Position numbers and translations under genes: made by a program. A stretch of 63,093 nt of DNA, the filler included, from Octopus bimaculoides (taxonomy: Eukaryota): NCBI RefSeq assembly GCF_001194135.2. It is 5 parts of 4 records of this genome, joined end to end, with 100 filler letters (N's around TTAATTAATTAA, not from the genome) between each part and the next. Parts side by side here need not be neighbours in the genome. Positions count along the whole stretch, not along the records: positions 60,331 to 63,093 come from NC_068982.1; 4 more parts are not named here. The stretch is one strand, 5' to 3'. The notes under the pieces are model-generated. The model had not been told where the DNA came from. It worked only from the letters and a program-made list of their open reading frames with translations, and searched no databases. Positions within the stretch are counted from its first letter, which is position 1; each line of letters opens with the position of its first letter. Of the stretch, positions 63,079 to 63,093 are shown piece after piece.

Positions 63079-63093
63079 TATATATATATACAC

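Overview
AT-rich, microsatellite-dense animal genomic DNA from a gapped draft assembly with about 17 N-runs. The repeat content suggests a cephalopod, most likely Octopus; this is inference from recognised repeat types, not a database result. I could not support any intact host protein-coding gene, rRNA, tRNA gene or CRISPR array. Almost all listed ORFs are microsatellite, N-gap or antisense artefacts. The window is a graveyard of transposable elements. DNA elements: a maT/Tc1-like remnant, a near-complete decayed mariner, a hAT (Charlie/Buster-like) remnant and several MITEs. Retroelements: a Tx1/L1-like LINE 5' half, an ORF1-only relative of it, a CR1-like LINE, an R4/Dong-like fragment, RTE-like 3' ends and many tRNA-derived SINEs. 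The most interesting signal is not in the ORF track. At least four sequence-unrelated families of minimal type-I hammerhead ribozyme motifs (CUGANGA...GAAA...NUH) occur at 6.1, 20.5 and 21.4 kb (family A), 26.2 kb (B), 35.8 kb (C) and 44.7 kb (D). Several sit in short fold-back insertions flanked by 14-15 bp target-site duplications, and a further fold-back without a hammerhead has a 12-bp one. This structure is typical of Penelope-like retrotransposition. Family A appears to be a tRNA-head + (AAT)n + hammerhead-tail non-autonomous element. All folds were read by eye and none has been tested for cleavage.
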